From Nemertoderma westbladi (taxonomy: Eukaryota; Animalia; Xenacoelomorpha): a stretch of 64,000 nt of DNA. Shown in pieces: positions 37,854-50,400 of the stretch. The stretch covers positions 62,001 through 126,000 of the forward strand of contig JAUCBJ010005741.1 in the NCBI GenBank assembly GCA_032718475.1, read 5' to 3'. The translations under genes and the position numbers were made by a program. The notes beneath the pieces are model-generated. The model saw only the letters and a program-made list of their open reading frames with translations, was not told the DNA's origin and ran no database searches. The stretch's first letter is position 1; each line of letters begins with the position of its first letter.

Positions 37854-38189
37854 CTTTTAATAGTAAATATTTACAGAAGTATCCCCCCATAAGGGGGATA
37901 CCCCCCAGGAGAGTGTTTTTTAAACAGCTCCAACTTCGTGTTGTAGGTGAATAAAGCTGTTCTGTGGTGTTCAGCCAACAACGTGGGGAAGGCCAAAGAG
38001 CAACAAAAATGGATATTTTTACATTTATTATATCCCTCTAGCGGCGAGTGGCGGAATTAAATATTTCACTAAAAACACTAACGTGTCCCTTAATATTTAC
38101 CCAATTTTTTTGAAACTAACTTTTTTGGACTCAGCAGCTTCATTTCTACAAAAATTATCCAGCCGATTTTTTAAATTATTAATTTTTAA

Positions 38190-38365
38190 GTAAATTAATT
38201 AAATTATTTAATTAAAGTTAATTAAATTATTTAATTAAAATTAATTAAATTATTTAATTAAAATTAATTAAATTATTTAATTAAAATTAATTAAATTATT
38301 TAATTAAAATTAATTAAATTATTTAATTAAAATTAATTAAATTATTTAATTAAAATTAATTAAAT
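38190..38365. repeat. AT-only 23-bp tandem repeat, ~7 copies
   Basis: aattaattaaattatttaattaa units. Confidence 0.9.
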
Positions 38366-39902
38366 TTATAAAAATTTTCAATAATATTAAATAAAAAATT
38401 TTTATTTCAAAAAAGTGCTAGATAATTTGTCAAGATGTTCAAAAAAACTTTGAAACGAGCCATAAATTATAGAATTTGGGTGAAAAACGGCAGAATAGTA
38501 TTTTGAAAAATGGAAATATCGTGAAATGTAATTCCGAGATAATTTGCTTTAAAATTTGAACCTTCCCGCTCAAACTTTGTAGACTGTTAATCGGTCAGTA
38601 ATGCTTGACACTATGGCAACATACCAATTTACTAAAATTATCAATATGTGGGGGTTTTTATGTTTTAATTTCAGTTTTCAGTTTTAATGTTTGGTGGTAT
38701 CGAATATGTCTGTCTGACAGTTTGTCTATCTGTCTGCCTTCTAAATTTTGACGGACAAACTGATAGACGGAGAGACAGCGATAACTAGAGAACTAAGAAG
38801 GATCTCGCCAAACCGTTTTACGATTTGAACTCACCAATAAATTCTGCATCAGATGAAATAGAAAACCAAAAATGTGAACATTTTACACAAGGAGTAGTAC
38901 ACACCTTCCTTAATTGCATAAAATAGTAAATAATATGATTTAAACTACAATTGTGATTGTGACTTTGTGTTTTGTCAATTTAATTATAACTAGATGTTTT
39001 ATATTGAAATCAATTTCGGAAATTAATACATTTTAAATTTTAACTATTTCACAATTTAATAGCTCCTGCTATTAATAAATAAGAAAACACAAGTAGAGTA
39101 AACAGTATAAACATGTGATTCCTGATTAGTCATGTTGAGGTGGTTCATTGTCCTGGCTCCTGTTGACGTAACTACGGGTGAAGTATACTTTTCCAAAATT
39201 TCCTTGAAAAACGTCAAATTTCCGGAAAACTCACATACCTAATTCCAACTGATCCACAGGATTATAAAAACAAAAACAATTTCTTTATATCACTCGGTAT
39301 TTATTAAATTTTAAAGAACAATAAGCCGCCAACCTTAATATTACCAATAAAGAAGAGTCAACACGTTGCGTGTTTAATACGAGAACAACAAACTAATCTA
39401 CTAATATTATATTCTACTAAATTCTACCTAAACAACTACACCGCAATATTATCCCATAAGGAGACCTTACATCTTGCGTTCATCCAATATCTTATTCCAA
39501 AAACAATTTCTTTACGACACGACAAATAGTACCCCACTACCAATATTGATTCTTTCTACATTATTATGCGACACTTACCTGACCTATAATATATCGTGAG
39601 TGGAGCTACGCGTAGCAGCAATATATATAATGTATAATAAACGGGCTAATTAAACCATAGAGGAGGGACTACACCGAAAAAAGGTAAGGGATCAGCACCA
39701 TAAGGCTGGGGGGGTCGCCATATTCCGAGGCGATGTGGGGTGTTCTCGAATTCGGTAATAATTCACCTATAAATACTGTTACTAACAGTGTTAGTGGATG
39801 GAGAATAGAAAGAAAACAAACCTCAACACAAATCATCCAATACAATTAGGGTTATATAATATATATTAGTAATCCTGTTAGTGTCCGAGCCCAATAAATA
39901 GT

Positions 39903-42900
39903 TTACATGGCATGGCTCCAAAGGGTTGTGGGGGGTTTCTCGTCTGGGGGTTGGTTGACCCACTGACCAGGAGGCAGCCCCCCAGGGGCGCGGTTGTGCG
40001 AGGCACCCCCGGCACCCAGGTGAGCGGGCGAGGGCGAGCTGAACAACAGGGCCGGGACCCCCACCATCTTCTGGCCCATGGCCGCCGGTGGGAACTGCCC
40101 CATGGGGATGGCGTCGCGTCCCCCCGCACCCAGGATGAAGGCGGGCAGCCCCCCGATATCCGGGCTCCCCCCCATCGAGGGGTCCACGCCCCAGTCGCCC
40201 CACAACGAGGGCGGCCGTTGCTGCTCGTTCCGGTTCCGTTGGGCGCGTTCCGTCCCGATCGGACGCGGCAACCCGGAGGTGTCGAGGAACACCGAGGTCG
40301 ACGGTTCCGGGGTTGGGGGCCCGAAGTATCCGCCGTCGGCTCCGCAGTCCGCCGGTAACTCCGACGGAATGTCCGACGGATTCGCGTAGAAACTCCGATG
40401 GCCTCGGTACTTGGAGTACTCTGGGGACATTCCGCCGGCCGAGTAGCCGCTGGTCTGCGGTGTGTAGTCCGAGTACTGGGTCCCGTTGGTAGGGGGTGCC
40501 CCGTAGCCCGGGAAGGTGTCCGCGAAGCCGCGTGGCTGAGGTGACGAGAACATATCTCCGGAGATGATGCCGCCGCAGTAGTTGCTGGCGGCGCCAGGAG
40601 TCGAGGAGGGTTGGGGCAGACCCGAGGCGCCGAGTCGCCAGGCGCGCGGTTCACCGATCTGGTCGAGGAAGGAGCTGAACGTGTCGACGGAATGGCCGTC
40701 CCCGAGGCCAGGGGGCATCCGGGGGTAGGAGACCGAGGTAGAGTGCAGCGACGTCACGGTAGCCGGTGACACTAAGGTCTGGGCCGTTACGATGCCGGAG
40801 TGGACCGAGGTAAAGATGACTGAACGCTGATCCACGGGAGATCCGAGAGTGTAGCAGGAGGAGGGAGCGGGTACGGACGCGATCACGGTCCCGGCGACGG
40901 TGGCCGTGGGGCGACTGGAGGTGGCGGGTCGACTGGGGGGCAGCCCCCACGCGAGCCCTGCCGGGGACCCTCCCGGGTGCCCGGTGACCACCCCTGGGGG
41001 CCGCATCGTCGCTGTAGACGCCGCCCCACCAGACTCGGTGCGTCGGTGACTGATCCGTGGCGGAATCACCGCGATCTTGGCGCCGCTCGTCGGCTGAGGC
41101 GACGCAACAGTGGCGGCACTCACCGACGATATCCCCCCGTTCTCAACGGCGTTGTGGTGATGATAAACCCCGTGTTTACCCACCTTGGCGTCCGCAATGA
41201 TCTCCTTGATCTCCTTATCGGGATTCTGCATCAAGGCCTCGATGAGTTTGTCCGCGATCCGTGTGGGTTCAGTTCCCCCCTTTATCGTTATGCTCCTCTC
41301 GGTTTGGTCGGTTCTCTGTTTCTCCACCTCGATGTGGGCCCCGGAGTACTCCCGAATCGCGTTGATGTTGCAGCCCGCGCGGCCGATCACCCGGGAGATG
41401 GCCCCGCACGGTACGATGATCATCTTGGAGGACCGCGACACCCCGGTGGCACGACTCCGAACTACCGGCGTCCACTTATCGTCCTCTTCCGGTTTCTTGG
41501 GCGTTGAGACCGCGGATGAGGGTTTCTTGGGGCTTTGGGCGCCGCTGTTGGGCGTTGTCGGGGCGCTGGGCCACCCGCCACGACCACCCCTCCCCTCGCG
41601 GTAATGGGACGAGGTAGACACTTTAATCGGCTTCATCGCGTTGCCGAAACCAGACGTTGGATGGCGCTGCTCCATCGACGAAGATGCGATTGGCCCGTTC
41701 GAGGTGGCCATGGTAACCGAGGTGTTATCGGAGCCGTTTGACAACTTCGAGTGTTTCTTACTCCGTTTTGGGTCTTTACGATCCAGTTGCGACTGAATAC
41801 CGCCGTCCTGACCTCGGGGTGCAGCGATTGGCAAAGCGTTGCCATGGGGATGCGAGGTAGCCACCGTGTACGATGACTGCGTCGTAACCATGGTAACTAT
41901 GCTGGTGGCGGTGGTAGCCGTGGTGATGACGGTGGCGACCAGCGGTCGGGGGAGTGGTGGACGCTGCGATATAGATGGCTCCAGACTGGTTAGCGGTTCC
42001 GGGACACGGATGTTGGGCAGCCGGTCCGGCGGTTCTGCGTCGATGACGTCATCCTCTATGACGTCATCCTCGTCAAGATCGTCATCAACGTGCTTCTGGT
42101 GTTTCTTCCGACGCGCTTTTTTCTTCTCGCGCTTCTTCGCAGCCGCCGCTTTCCGTGTTTCCTCCAGTTTCCGCTCTGCGTCCAGCTGTTGCAACAGGAT
42201 CGAGGCCATCTTATTAGCCTCGGCGGCCTGCCTATCTTTGGCCGAGACGATCATCTCCATGCACTGATGGCATCTCTTCACCAGATCCTTGTCGGAGGTT
42301 AACGTCTGTATGTATCTGACGCACTCGGTGTCCGACGGGAACTGGGTGACGTGCTTCACGAGGTAACGCACCACCTTGGTGTGTCCCTTCCGGAATGCCG
42401 ACATGAGACAGCTGACCCGACGGTTGTCCTGCGTATCCGCGTCCGCTTTGGCGCAGACCAACAGCTGAACGACATCAACGTGACCCCCGTTGGCGGCCAA
42501 CCACAGCGGACTGCAACCTTTCTTGTTTTTCACGTCGATGTTTGCCCCGTGGGAGACGACCAGATCACAGAACTTTAAATGCCCCTTATCTGCGGCGATG
42601 GTGAGCGCGGTGTCCTTGCTGGAGGGCACGGGCGAGGCGTTCACGTCAGCGCCCTTGGCTAGAAGAACCTTTCCGACCTCGGCGTAGCCTCCGCTAGCCG
42701 CTTCCATCAGCGGAGTCAACCCGGTCTTCGCGCGATGCTCAACGTTCGCCCTCTTGTCGACCAACAGACTGACAACCTCGTGTCGACCCTGGAAGCAAGC
42801 CAACGTCAACGCAGTGTTCTTGTTGGTCTCGATTTGCGCGTTGATATCGCTTCCCTGTTCCAGAAGTAACTTCACCGCGTTCGTGTGCCCGTTCATAGCG

Positions 42901-43652
42901 GCCAACATCAACGGAGAGATTCCCAGCTTACTGTTGGTCCGAGAGTTAATCTCTGCGGTGTGGGCCAAGAGGAGCTTTATGATTCCGTAATAGCCGCCGC
43001 TAGCTGCCAGACTCAGTGGGGTGTAGTCGGACACATTGCGATGTTCCTTGTTGCCGCCCCGCTGTAGCAGAAGGTCTACCACATCTTCACGACCTCCGGA
43101 ACATGCCAGCGACAACGCGGTATCCTTGGTCCGTTCTGATTGGGCCTCCACGTTAGCTCCGGCGTCCAATAGGATCTCTACGATCCGTGCGTGACCAGCC
43201 GTCGCCGCCAACATCAGCGAGGTGAAGCCCTTCTTGTCGCGGTGTTCCATATCGGCGCCGCGCGCCAGCAGCTCCGTTACCAACGATTCGTGACCCCCGG
43301 CGCAGGCCAGCGTCAGCGCGGTGTCATGGTTACTCTCGGTCTGAGCGTCGATCTCTATGGGTTTCTTGTCTCCGGCCACAGCGGGGTTGACGGCGGTGGT
43401 GACCACGTTGGTGGTGAAGGTTAGGGGTTGGGTCTGGGAGGCCGCCTGTTGGCTGGCCGGCGTCTGAACCAGCCCGCTGGTAACGATTGTGGGTGGAGAA
43501 GACGCGCTCATTAGTAGGGCCGCGTTCTCATTATGTTGCATCTGGGCGTAGGATCGACTAGCCAGTTGGAGTTGGTAGTAGTAACTGGTCTGCTCCATTA
43601 GTTGGGTCAGTTGGAGTAGTTTGGCCTGCTCTGATGGAGGTAGTTGGTCAAC
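39903..43652 (-). CDS. ANKHD1: Mask/ANKHD1/ANKRD17 homologue, terminal exon (second ankyrin cluster, basic stretch, KH domain, low-complexity tail)
   Basis: Acceptor ccacag|GTT at 43652, in frame with ORF 39903-43598. DAQTESNHDTALTLACAGGH ankyrin repeats, AAAKKREKKK, and KH motif ISRVIGRAGCNINAIREYSGAHIEVE. Confidence 0.93.
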   Translation of the reverse strand, partial: VDQLPPSEQAKLLQLTQLMEQTSYYYQLQLASRSYAQMQHNENAALLMSASSPPTIVTSGLVQTPASQQAASQTQPLTFTTNVVTTAVNPAVAGDKKPIEIDAQTESNHDTALTLACAGGHESLVTELLARGADMEHRDKKGFTSLMLAATAGHARIVEILLDAGANVEAQSERTKDTALSLACSGGREDVVDLLLQRGGNKEHRNVSDYTPLSLAASGGYYGIIKLLLAHTAEINSRTNSKLGISPLMLAAMNGHTNAVKLLLEQGSDINAQIETNKNTALTLACFQGRHEVVSLLVDKRANVEHRAKTGLTPLMEAASGGYAEVGKVLLAKGADVNASPVPSSKDTALTIAADKGHLKFCDLVVSHGANIDVKNKKGCSPLWLAANGGHVDVVQLLVCAKADADTQDNRRVSCLMSAFRKGHTKVVRYLVKHVTQFPSDTECVRYIQTLTSDKDLVKRCHQCMEMIVSAKDRQAAEANKMASILLQQLDAERKLEETRKAAAAKKREKKKARRKKHQKHVDDDLDEDDVIEDDVIDAEPPDRLPNIRVPEPLTSLEPSISQRPPLPRPLVATVITTATTATSIVTMVTTQSSYTVATSHPHGNALPIAAPRGQDGGIQSQLDRKDPKRSKKHSKLSNGSDNTSVTMATSNGPIASSSMEQRHPTSGFGNAMKPIKVSTSSHYREGRGGRGGWPSAPTTPNSGAQSPKKPSSAVSTPKKPEEDDKWTPVVRSRATGVSRSSKMIIVPCGAISRVIGRAGCNINAIREYSGAHIEVEKQRTDQTERSITIKGGTEPTRIADKLIEALMQNPDKEIKEIIADAKVGKHGVYHHHNAVENGGISSVSAATVASPQPTSGAKIAVIPPRISHRRTESGGAASTATMRPPGVVTGHPGGSPAGLAWGLPPSRPATSSRPTATVAGTVIASVPAPSSCYTLGSPVDQRSVIFTSVHSGIVTAQTLVSPATVTSLHSTSVSYPRMPPGLGDGHSVDTFSSFLDQIGEPRAWRLGASGLPQPSSTPGAASNYCGGIISGDMFSSPQPRGFADTFPGYGAPPTNGTQYSDYTPQTSGYSAGGMSPEYSKYRGHRSFYANPSDIPSELPADCGADGGYFGPPTPEPSTSVFLDTSGLPRPIGTERAQRNRNEQQRPPSLWGDWGVDPSMGGSPDIGGLPAFILGAGGRDAIPMGQFPPAAMGQKMVGVPALLFSSPSPAHLGAGGASHNRAPGGLPPGQWVNQPPDEKPPTTLWSHAM

Positions 43653-43889
43653 CTGTGGCGTGGGGATAGTATAAACGAGATATAGAAATACAGACCTAAA
43701 ATTGTATATAATTGAATAAAGAATTAATTATATTTATATTTTTGCTATATTATATCTTACTGTATGTACGTGATACCGGATCTCGGTGTAATAAAATTAA
43801 TATATATTATATAATAATAAATTAATATAACTGATGAGATTAAAAATAATGTAAATAAGAATGATTTGTTTTCGAAACTAAGTTAAGAC

Positions 43890-45470
43890 TTTACTATACT
43901 ACTACTCGGTCGACCAAACTCGGAAAAGTGGAAATGAGATCCTCCAAGGCTTCCCGATTTTCCATAGTTGTCGCAATTTCGTTTCACCCACGTCTAATAT
44001 CCCTTTCAAGCTGGTCTATATAAGTTATATGTCCGTCGTCCACGGCTACGCTTTCCTTGTGTTGGTTGCCAAAAAATATGACCTTGTCTTTACTTCTTCA
44101 GCAGTGCCGACTGAATCTTAATCTGCGTTCACGGATGATAGTTGATACAGGCGATACTGTACCATAAAGCTCCGCGTTTGTCATACATGTGTTGTCTCCA
44201 GCTGATATTTAGGGCTGCCCTTACTAGTCTTGTGTAGCAACCATGAGTAGCACGTGGATGACTTCATGTACTTGGGATCATGAATCAGAAAGTCAGGTGA
44301 AGACCGTCGGATACGTAAGGGGAAGGTATGGGCAGCGTTAAAAAGTCTGTTCAGGATTTGGAAGTCCCATAGAAAAACGGAACCTTAAGGTTCGATTATT
44401 TATGGCTGTAGTGGTACCACCGGTACTCTTATATGGAAGTCCATGCCAGGCTCTAACTGCAGAAGATACCAAATCTCTGGATGGCACTTTCACAAGAATG
44501 CTGCGCCGGGTTCATTGTGTCAAGTACAATGAACACATCTCCAATCAGACTCTATACCACAATGGAGGTGTTCAATTAGTCTCCCCTAGCTTGACACTTG
44601 AACGACACCGCCTCAAATTAGCAGGACATTGCTTTCGCCGCGAAGACCAGCCAGTGCATAATCTTGTGCTTTGGCGACATCATGGAGCGAATAAGCATGG
44701 TGGACGACAGCCCATGACTTCCTTGAAACGCATCTTAAAGGACACTGGCCTTGAAAATGGGGATGATCTAGCAAATGTCATGGGTGATAGGGAGTTGTGG
44801 CGGCGCAATTGTGTCGACAAGCCGGCACAGCATTCTTAATATATAATATGTAATATATATATAATGCAGCTGCAACGCAGCATGCCGATAGTAGTAGTAT
44901 TAGCAACCATGAATTCGTTGTTCAAGTGATTTCGTCAGTGTCCAGGCCTCATCCCCGTATAAAAGTACACTTTCCACTGTGACTCGTAAGAACTTAGTCT
45001 TCAATTGCCTGGAGTGGTCTGATACCCAGATGGTATCCATTTTTTATAGAACTACTCATGCTTTGCTTTCCTAAATTATTTTGCTCACTCTATCCATGGC
45101 CTAAGGTACTGGAAGTGGTCAACTGTAGAAGATGCGCATCTGCTAGCGTATTAGAGAGCAGGGCGATGTCATCCGCAAAGTCGGTGTTTGTGACTGTAGT
45201 TGCCGGATGTCTACTACTTCTGCGTTCTCGAAGTGTGAATCCCAGATCTTCACCCTTTGTGGCCGTCCTCATTGCGTAATCTAGCACAATTACAAATAGT
45301 AATGGTGCTAATGTGTCACCTTGCAGTATGCCAGCCAGGATTGAGAAGAATTCAGTTTCACATCTGGTGAGAGTACCTGCGCTTCTGTGTCACAATATAA
45401 TAATCCAATGCCAGCGACAATTACTTCTGGTATTCCATAAACTTTCAGGATTTCCAGCATTTTACCTCTA
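43890..45470 (-). mobile_element. Degenerate RTE element (second family), interrupted by a nested insertion
   Basis: GILQGDTLAPFLFVIVLDY and DFADDIALLS on the minus strand at ~45150-45340; TAG-repeat-like tail at ~43892-43905. Confidence 0.75.
44247..44900 (+). mobile_element. 5'-truncated RTE (same family as the insert in pol) with intact 3' end, nested in the other RTE
   Basis: ORF 44402-44839 closely resembles the C-terminus of ORF 14140-15855. Ends in a TA-rich stretch, a hairpin motif and (TAG)n. TSD TAGCAACCATGA at 44235-44246 and 44901-44912. Confidence 0.85.
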
Positions 45471-45582
45471 AGACTTTAACTCTTTACTTATCTTTGAAAG
45501 ACATACTTTAGAGTACATGCCACCAAATATTTATCTCTAAGTTAACAGAAACAAAAGGTCAGAAAGTCTTCTGGAGTGTTAA

Positions 45583-48500
45583 GGTAGTGGCTACCTCATC
45601 CCCTTCCGGACTGTTACGGTAGTGGCTACCTCACCCACTTCCGGACTGTTACGGTAGTGGCTACCTCATCCCCCTTCCGGACTGTTACGGTAGTGGCTAC
45701 CTCATCCCCCTTCCAGACTGTTACGGTCGTGGCTACCTCATCCCCCTTCCGGACTGTTACGGTAGTGGCTACCTCATCCCCCTTCCGGACTGTTACGGTA
45801 GTGGCTACCTCACCCCCCTTCCGGACTGTTACGGTAGTGGCTACCTCACCCCCCTTCCGGACTGTTACGGTAGTGGCTACCTCACTCCCCTTCAGGACTG
45901 TTACGGTAGTGGGTACCTCATCCCCCTTCCAGACTGTTACGGTAGTGGCTACCTCACCCCCCTTCCGGACTGTTACGGTAGTGGCTACCTCATCCCCCTT
46001 CCGGACTGTTACGGTAGTGGCTACCTCACTCCCCTTCAGGACTGTTACGGTAGTGGGTACCTCACCCCCCTTCCGGACTGTTACGGTAGTGGCTACCTCA
46101 CCCCCCTTCCGGACTGTTACGGTAGTGGCTACCTCATCCCCCTTCCGGACTGTTACGGTAGTGGCTACCTCACTCCCCTTCAGGACTGTTACGGTAGTGG
46201 GTACCTCACCCCCCTTCCGGACTGTTACGGTAGTGGCTACCTCACCCCCCTTCCGGACTGTTACGGTAGTGGGTACCTCATCCCCCTTCAGGACTGTTAC
46301 GGTAGTGGGTACCTCACCCCCCTTCCGGACTGTTACGGTAGTGGCTACCTCACCCCCCTTCCGGACTGTTACGGTAGTGGGTACCTCATCCCCCTTCAGG
46401 ACTGTTACGGTAGTGGGTACCTCATCCCCCTTCCGGACTGATACGGTAGTGGCTACCTCACTCCCCTTCAGGACTGTTACGGTAGTGGGTACCTCATCCC
46501 CCTTCCGGACTGTTACGGTAGTGGCTACCTCATCCCCCTTCAGGACTGTTACGGTAGTGGCTACCTCATCCCCCTTCAGGACTGTTACGGTAGTAGCTAC
46601 CTCATCCCCCTTCAGGACTGTTACGGTAGTGGCTACCTCATCCCCCTTCAGGACTGTTACGGTAGTGGCTACCTCATCCCCCTTCAGGACTGTTACGGTA
46701 GTGGCTACCTCATCCCCCTTCAGGACTGTTACGGTAGTAGCTACCTCATCCCCCTTCAGGACTGTTACGGTAGTGGCTACCTCATCCCCCTTCCGGACTG
46801 TTACGGTAGTGGCTACCTCATCCCCCTTCCGGACTGTTACGGTAGTGGGTACCTCATCCCCCTTCCGGACTGTTACGGTAGTGGCTACCTCATCCCCCTT
46901 CCGGACTGTTACGGTAGTGGCTACCTCATCCCCCTTCCGGACTGTTACGGTAGTGGCTACCTCACTCCCCTTCAGGACTGTTACGGTAGTGGGTACCTCA
47001 CCCCCCTTCCGGACTGTTACGGTAGTGGCTACCTCACCCCCCTTCCGGACTGTTACGGTAGTGGGTACCTCATCCCCCTTCAGGACTGTTACGGTAGTGG
47101 GTACCTCACCCCCCTTCCGGACTGTTACGGTAGTGGCTACCTCACCCCCCTTCCGGACTGTTACGGTAGTGGGTACCTCATCCCCCTTCAGGACTGTTAC
47201 GGTAGTGGGTACCTCATCCCCCTTCCGGACTGATACGGTAGTGGCTACCTCACTCCCCTTCAGGACTGTTACGGTAGTGGGTACCTCATCCCCCTTCCGG
47301 ACTGTTACGGTAGTGGCTACCTCATCCCCCTTCAGGACTGTTACGGTAGTGGCTACCTCATCCCCCTTCAGGACTGTTACGGTAGTAGCTACCTCATCCC
47401 CCTTCAGGACTGTTACGGTAGTGGCTACCTCATCCCCCTTCCGGACTGTTACGGTAGTGGCTACCTCATCCCCCTTCCGGACTGTTACGGTAGTGGGTAC
47501 CTCATCCCCCTTCCGGACTGTTACGGTAGTGGCTACCTCATCCCCCTTCCGGACTGTTACGGTAGTGGCTACCTCATCCCCCTTCCAGACTGTTACGGTC
47601 GTGGCTACCTCATCCCCCTTCCGGACTGTTACGGTAGTGGCTACCTCATCCCCCTTCCGGACTGTTACGGTAGTGGCTACCTCATCCCCCTTCCAGACTG
47701 TTACGGTCGTGGCTACCTCATCCCCCTTCCGGACTGTTACCGTGGTAGTGGCTACCTCATCCCCCTTCCGGACTGTTACGGTAGTGGCTACCTCACTCCC
47801 CTTCAGGACTGTTACGGTAGTGGGTACCTCATCCCCCTTCCGGACTGTTACGGTAGTGGCTACCTCATCCCCCTTCCGGACTGTTACGGTAGTGGCTACC
47901 TCATCCCCCTTCCGGACTGTTACGGTAGTGGCTAACTCATCCCCCTTCCGGACTGTTACGGTAGTGGCTACCTCACCCCCCTTCCGGACTGTTACGGTAG
48001 TGGCTACCTCACCTCCCTTCCGGACTGTTACGGTAGTGGCTACCTCACCCCCCTTCCGGACTGTTACGGTAGTGGCTACCTCACCCCCCTTCCGGACTGT
48101 TACGGTAGTGGCTACCTCACCCCCCTTCCGGACTGATACGGTAGTGGCTACCTCACCCACTTCCGGACTGTTACGGTAGTGGCTACCTCATCCCCCTTCC
48201 GGACTGTTACGGTAGTGGCTACCTCATCCCCCTTCCGGACTGTTACGGTAGTGGCTACCTCATCCCCCTTCCGGACTGTTACGGTAGTGGCTACCTCATC
48301 CCCCTTCCGGACTGTTACCGTAGTGGCTACCTCACTCCCCTTCAGGACTGTTACGGTAGTGGCTACCTCATCGCCCTTCCGGACTGTTACGGTAGTGGCT
48401 ACCTCACCCACTTCCGGACTGTTACGGTAGTGGCTACCTCATCCCCCTTACGGACTGTTACGGTAGTGGCTACCTCATCCCCCTTCCGGACTGTTACCGT

Positions 48501-48958
48501 GGTAGTGGCTACCTCATCCCCCTTCCGGACTGTTACGGTAGTGGGTACCTCATCCCCCTTCCGGACTGTTACGGTAGTGGCTACCTCATCCCCCTTCCGG
48601 ACTGTTACCGTGGTAGTGGCTACCTCACTCCCCTTCAGGACTGTTACGGTAGTGGGTACCTCATCCCCCTTCCGGACTGTTACGGTAGTGGCTACCTCAT
48701 CCCCCTTCCGGACTGTTACGGTAGTGGCTACCTCATCACCCTTCCGGACTGTTACGGTAGTGGCTACCTCACTCCCCTTCAGGACTGTTACGGTAGTGGC
48801 TACCTCATCCCCCTTCCGGACTGTTACGGTAGTGGCTACCTCATCCCCCTTCCGGACTGTTACGGTAGTGGCTACCTCATCCCCCTTCCGGATTGTTACG
48901 GTAGTGGCTACCTCATCCCCCTTCCGGACTGTTACGGTAGTGGCTACCTCACTCCCCT
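45583..48958. repeat. 36-bp minisatellite, ~94 copies, intronic
   Basis: Unit ggtagtggctacctcatcccccttccggactgttac. Confidence 0.97.
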
Positions 48959-48970
48959 CACTCTGCTTAC

Positions 48971-49981
48971 CTGCTTCTGTAGAATCGCAGTGAGTTCGTT
49001 GTGTGGTAGATTGCGGATTGTTTGTAGGGTTGCTTCGGAAACAACATCGGCGCTTAGTTCGGGGGCCGGCTGCTGGTTGTTGTGCAGCATGGCGCAGAGC
49101 TCTGATTGGCTGAGGTTGTTGAGCGTCTGTAGAGTAGCTTCGGTGAGGATCTGCGCTGCTTCCGGACTCAGAGGAATATTCGCGGTCATCGCCATGTGCT
49201 GCTGCTGTTGTTGCTGCTGCAGCAACTCGGCCGCCGCCAAAGCCTGCAGATTACCGCCGTTTCGTCCGGCATCCCACCCCGTCTGCACTTTGCTGCCGCC
49301 GACCTGCACTTTGCCAACATCAGTATTAATTTTTCCGCCACCGGCCGCCAGTTTGCCGCCTTCGGCCAGCACTTTTCCGCCATCGGCCTGAACAATGCCG
49401 CCATCGGCCTGCACTTTGCCGCCATCGGCCGCCACTTTGCCGCCATCGGCATGCACATAGGCCTGCGCATACGAATGGTTCCGCTCTTGCAACTCCTTCT
49501 CAACCCGCTGCAATTCGTCCAGGATTTCCTGCTTTCGCTGCAACTTATCCTCCTTATTGCTCTTTACTTTCTCCTTATTGGCTGATTTCCCGTCACTTTC
49601 TTCGCACTCTGATTGGCTGGAAGGGCGCGGCGGGGCGCGGGGTGCCGCAATGTTAATTAACTCTTGGTATTTTTGGTTCATGATGGCTGTGTGGCTGAAC
49701 GCTGAGTATTGGTTGGCTGCATAATGCTGCTGGGTCTGGTCTGGCAGCAGATTGGGGGCGTATAGCTGCTGGGACTGGTCTGGTAGCAGGTTGGCGGCGA
49801 GATGGAGAGGGTATATGAGCGAGCCCCCCGTCGACCCTGGGGGTAGAGAACCAGGCGGGTTGGTGTAGAGAGGAAGTTGTGTCGCGTCGTACATGGACTC
49901 TGGCGGGACCGAGCCTGGGGTTGCCATTCGCGTGTCGCAGCGCTCGCACTTGTGCTCGGACGTTACTGACTGGGCGTCAAC
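48971..49981 (-). CDS. ANKHD1: Mask/ANKHD1 internal exon (Gln/Gly-rich linker; KKQxILxEL-type coiled coil)
   Basis: Acceptor ttttctcag|GTT at 49981 and donor CAG|GTAAG at 48971, both phase 0. LQRKQEILDELQRVEKELQ resembles the conserved Mask linker. Confidence 0.85.
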
Positions 49982-50258
49982 CTGAGAAAAATATAAATGT
50001 TGATGAAAGATAGTGAGTAGATTCTGAGATGCGGATATAATTATTATTCAAAGTAAAACGTTAATAAATAATAAACATTACCCTTTCTAACTGCGTTTTG
50101 TATTGAACCGAATTGAGTTCCACGGCAGGCTTTTCTAACCAAAACAATAAACTAAATTTAGGAACATAGTTTACAGTAAATGTTTTACTTCTATGCACCA
50201 ATTTTTCAATATTAATTTAATAAAGGAAGACTGAAACGATACCGTAATTGCAATGTAT

Positions 50259-50400
50259 GGCCCCCCTCACACGGAGCAACTTGTTTCTGCAACTTGTTTC
50301 CGAAACTTGTTCTGTGTGTGAGGACTCCAGCAACAAGTTTCTGCAACTTGTTTCCGCAACTTATTTCTCAGTGTGAGGGAGTCCAGCAACAAGTTGCTGG
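50259..50400. mobile_element. Possible PIF/Harbinger-like MITE end with (CAACTTGTTTC) subterminal repeats
   Basis: GGCCCCCCTCACACG start, then direct and inverted gcaacttgtttc / gcaacaagtt motifs. Partner terminus not found. Confidence 0.35.

Noticed and set aside
39823-43424. Numerous overlapping ORFs on both strands over the Mask terminal exon
   Set aside because: Shadow ORFs of GC-rich coding sequence.
45626-48993. 844-aa and 840-aa ORFs on opposite strands
   Set aside because: Artefacts of a stop-free 36-bp minisatellite inside a Mask intron.
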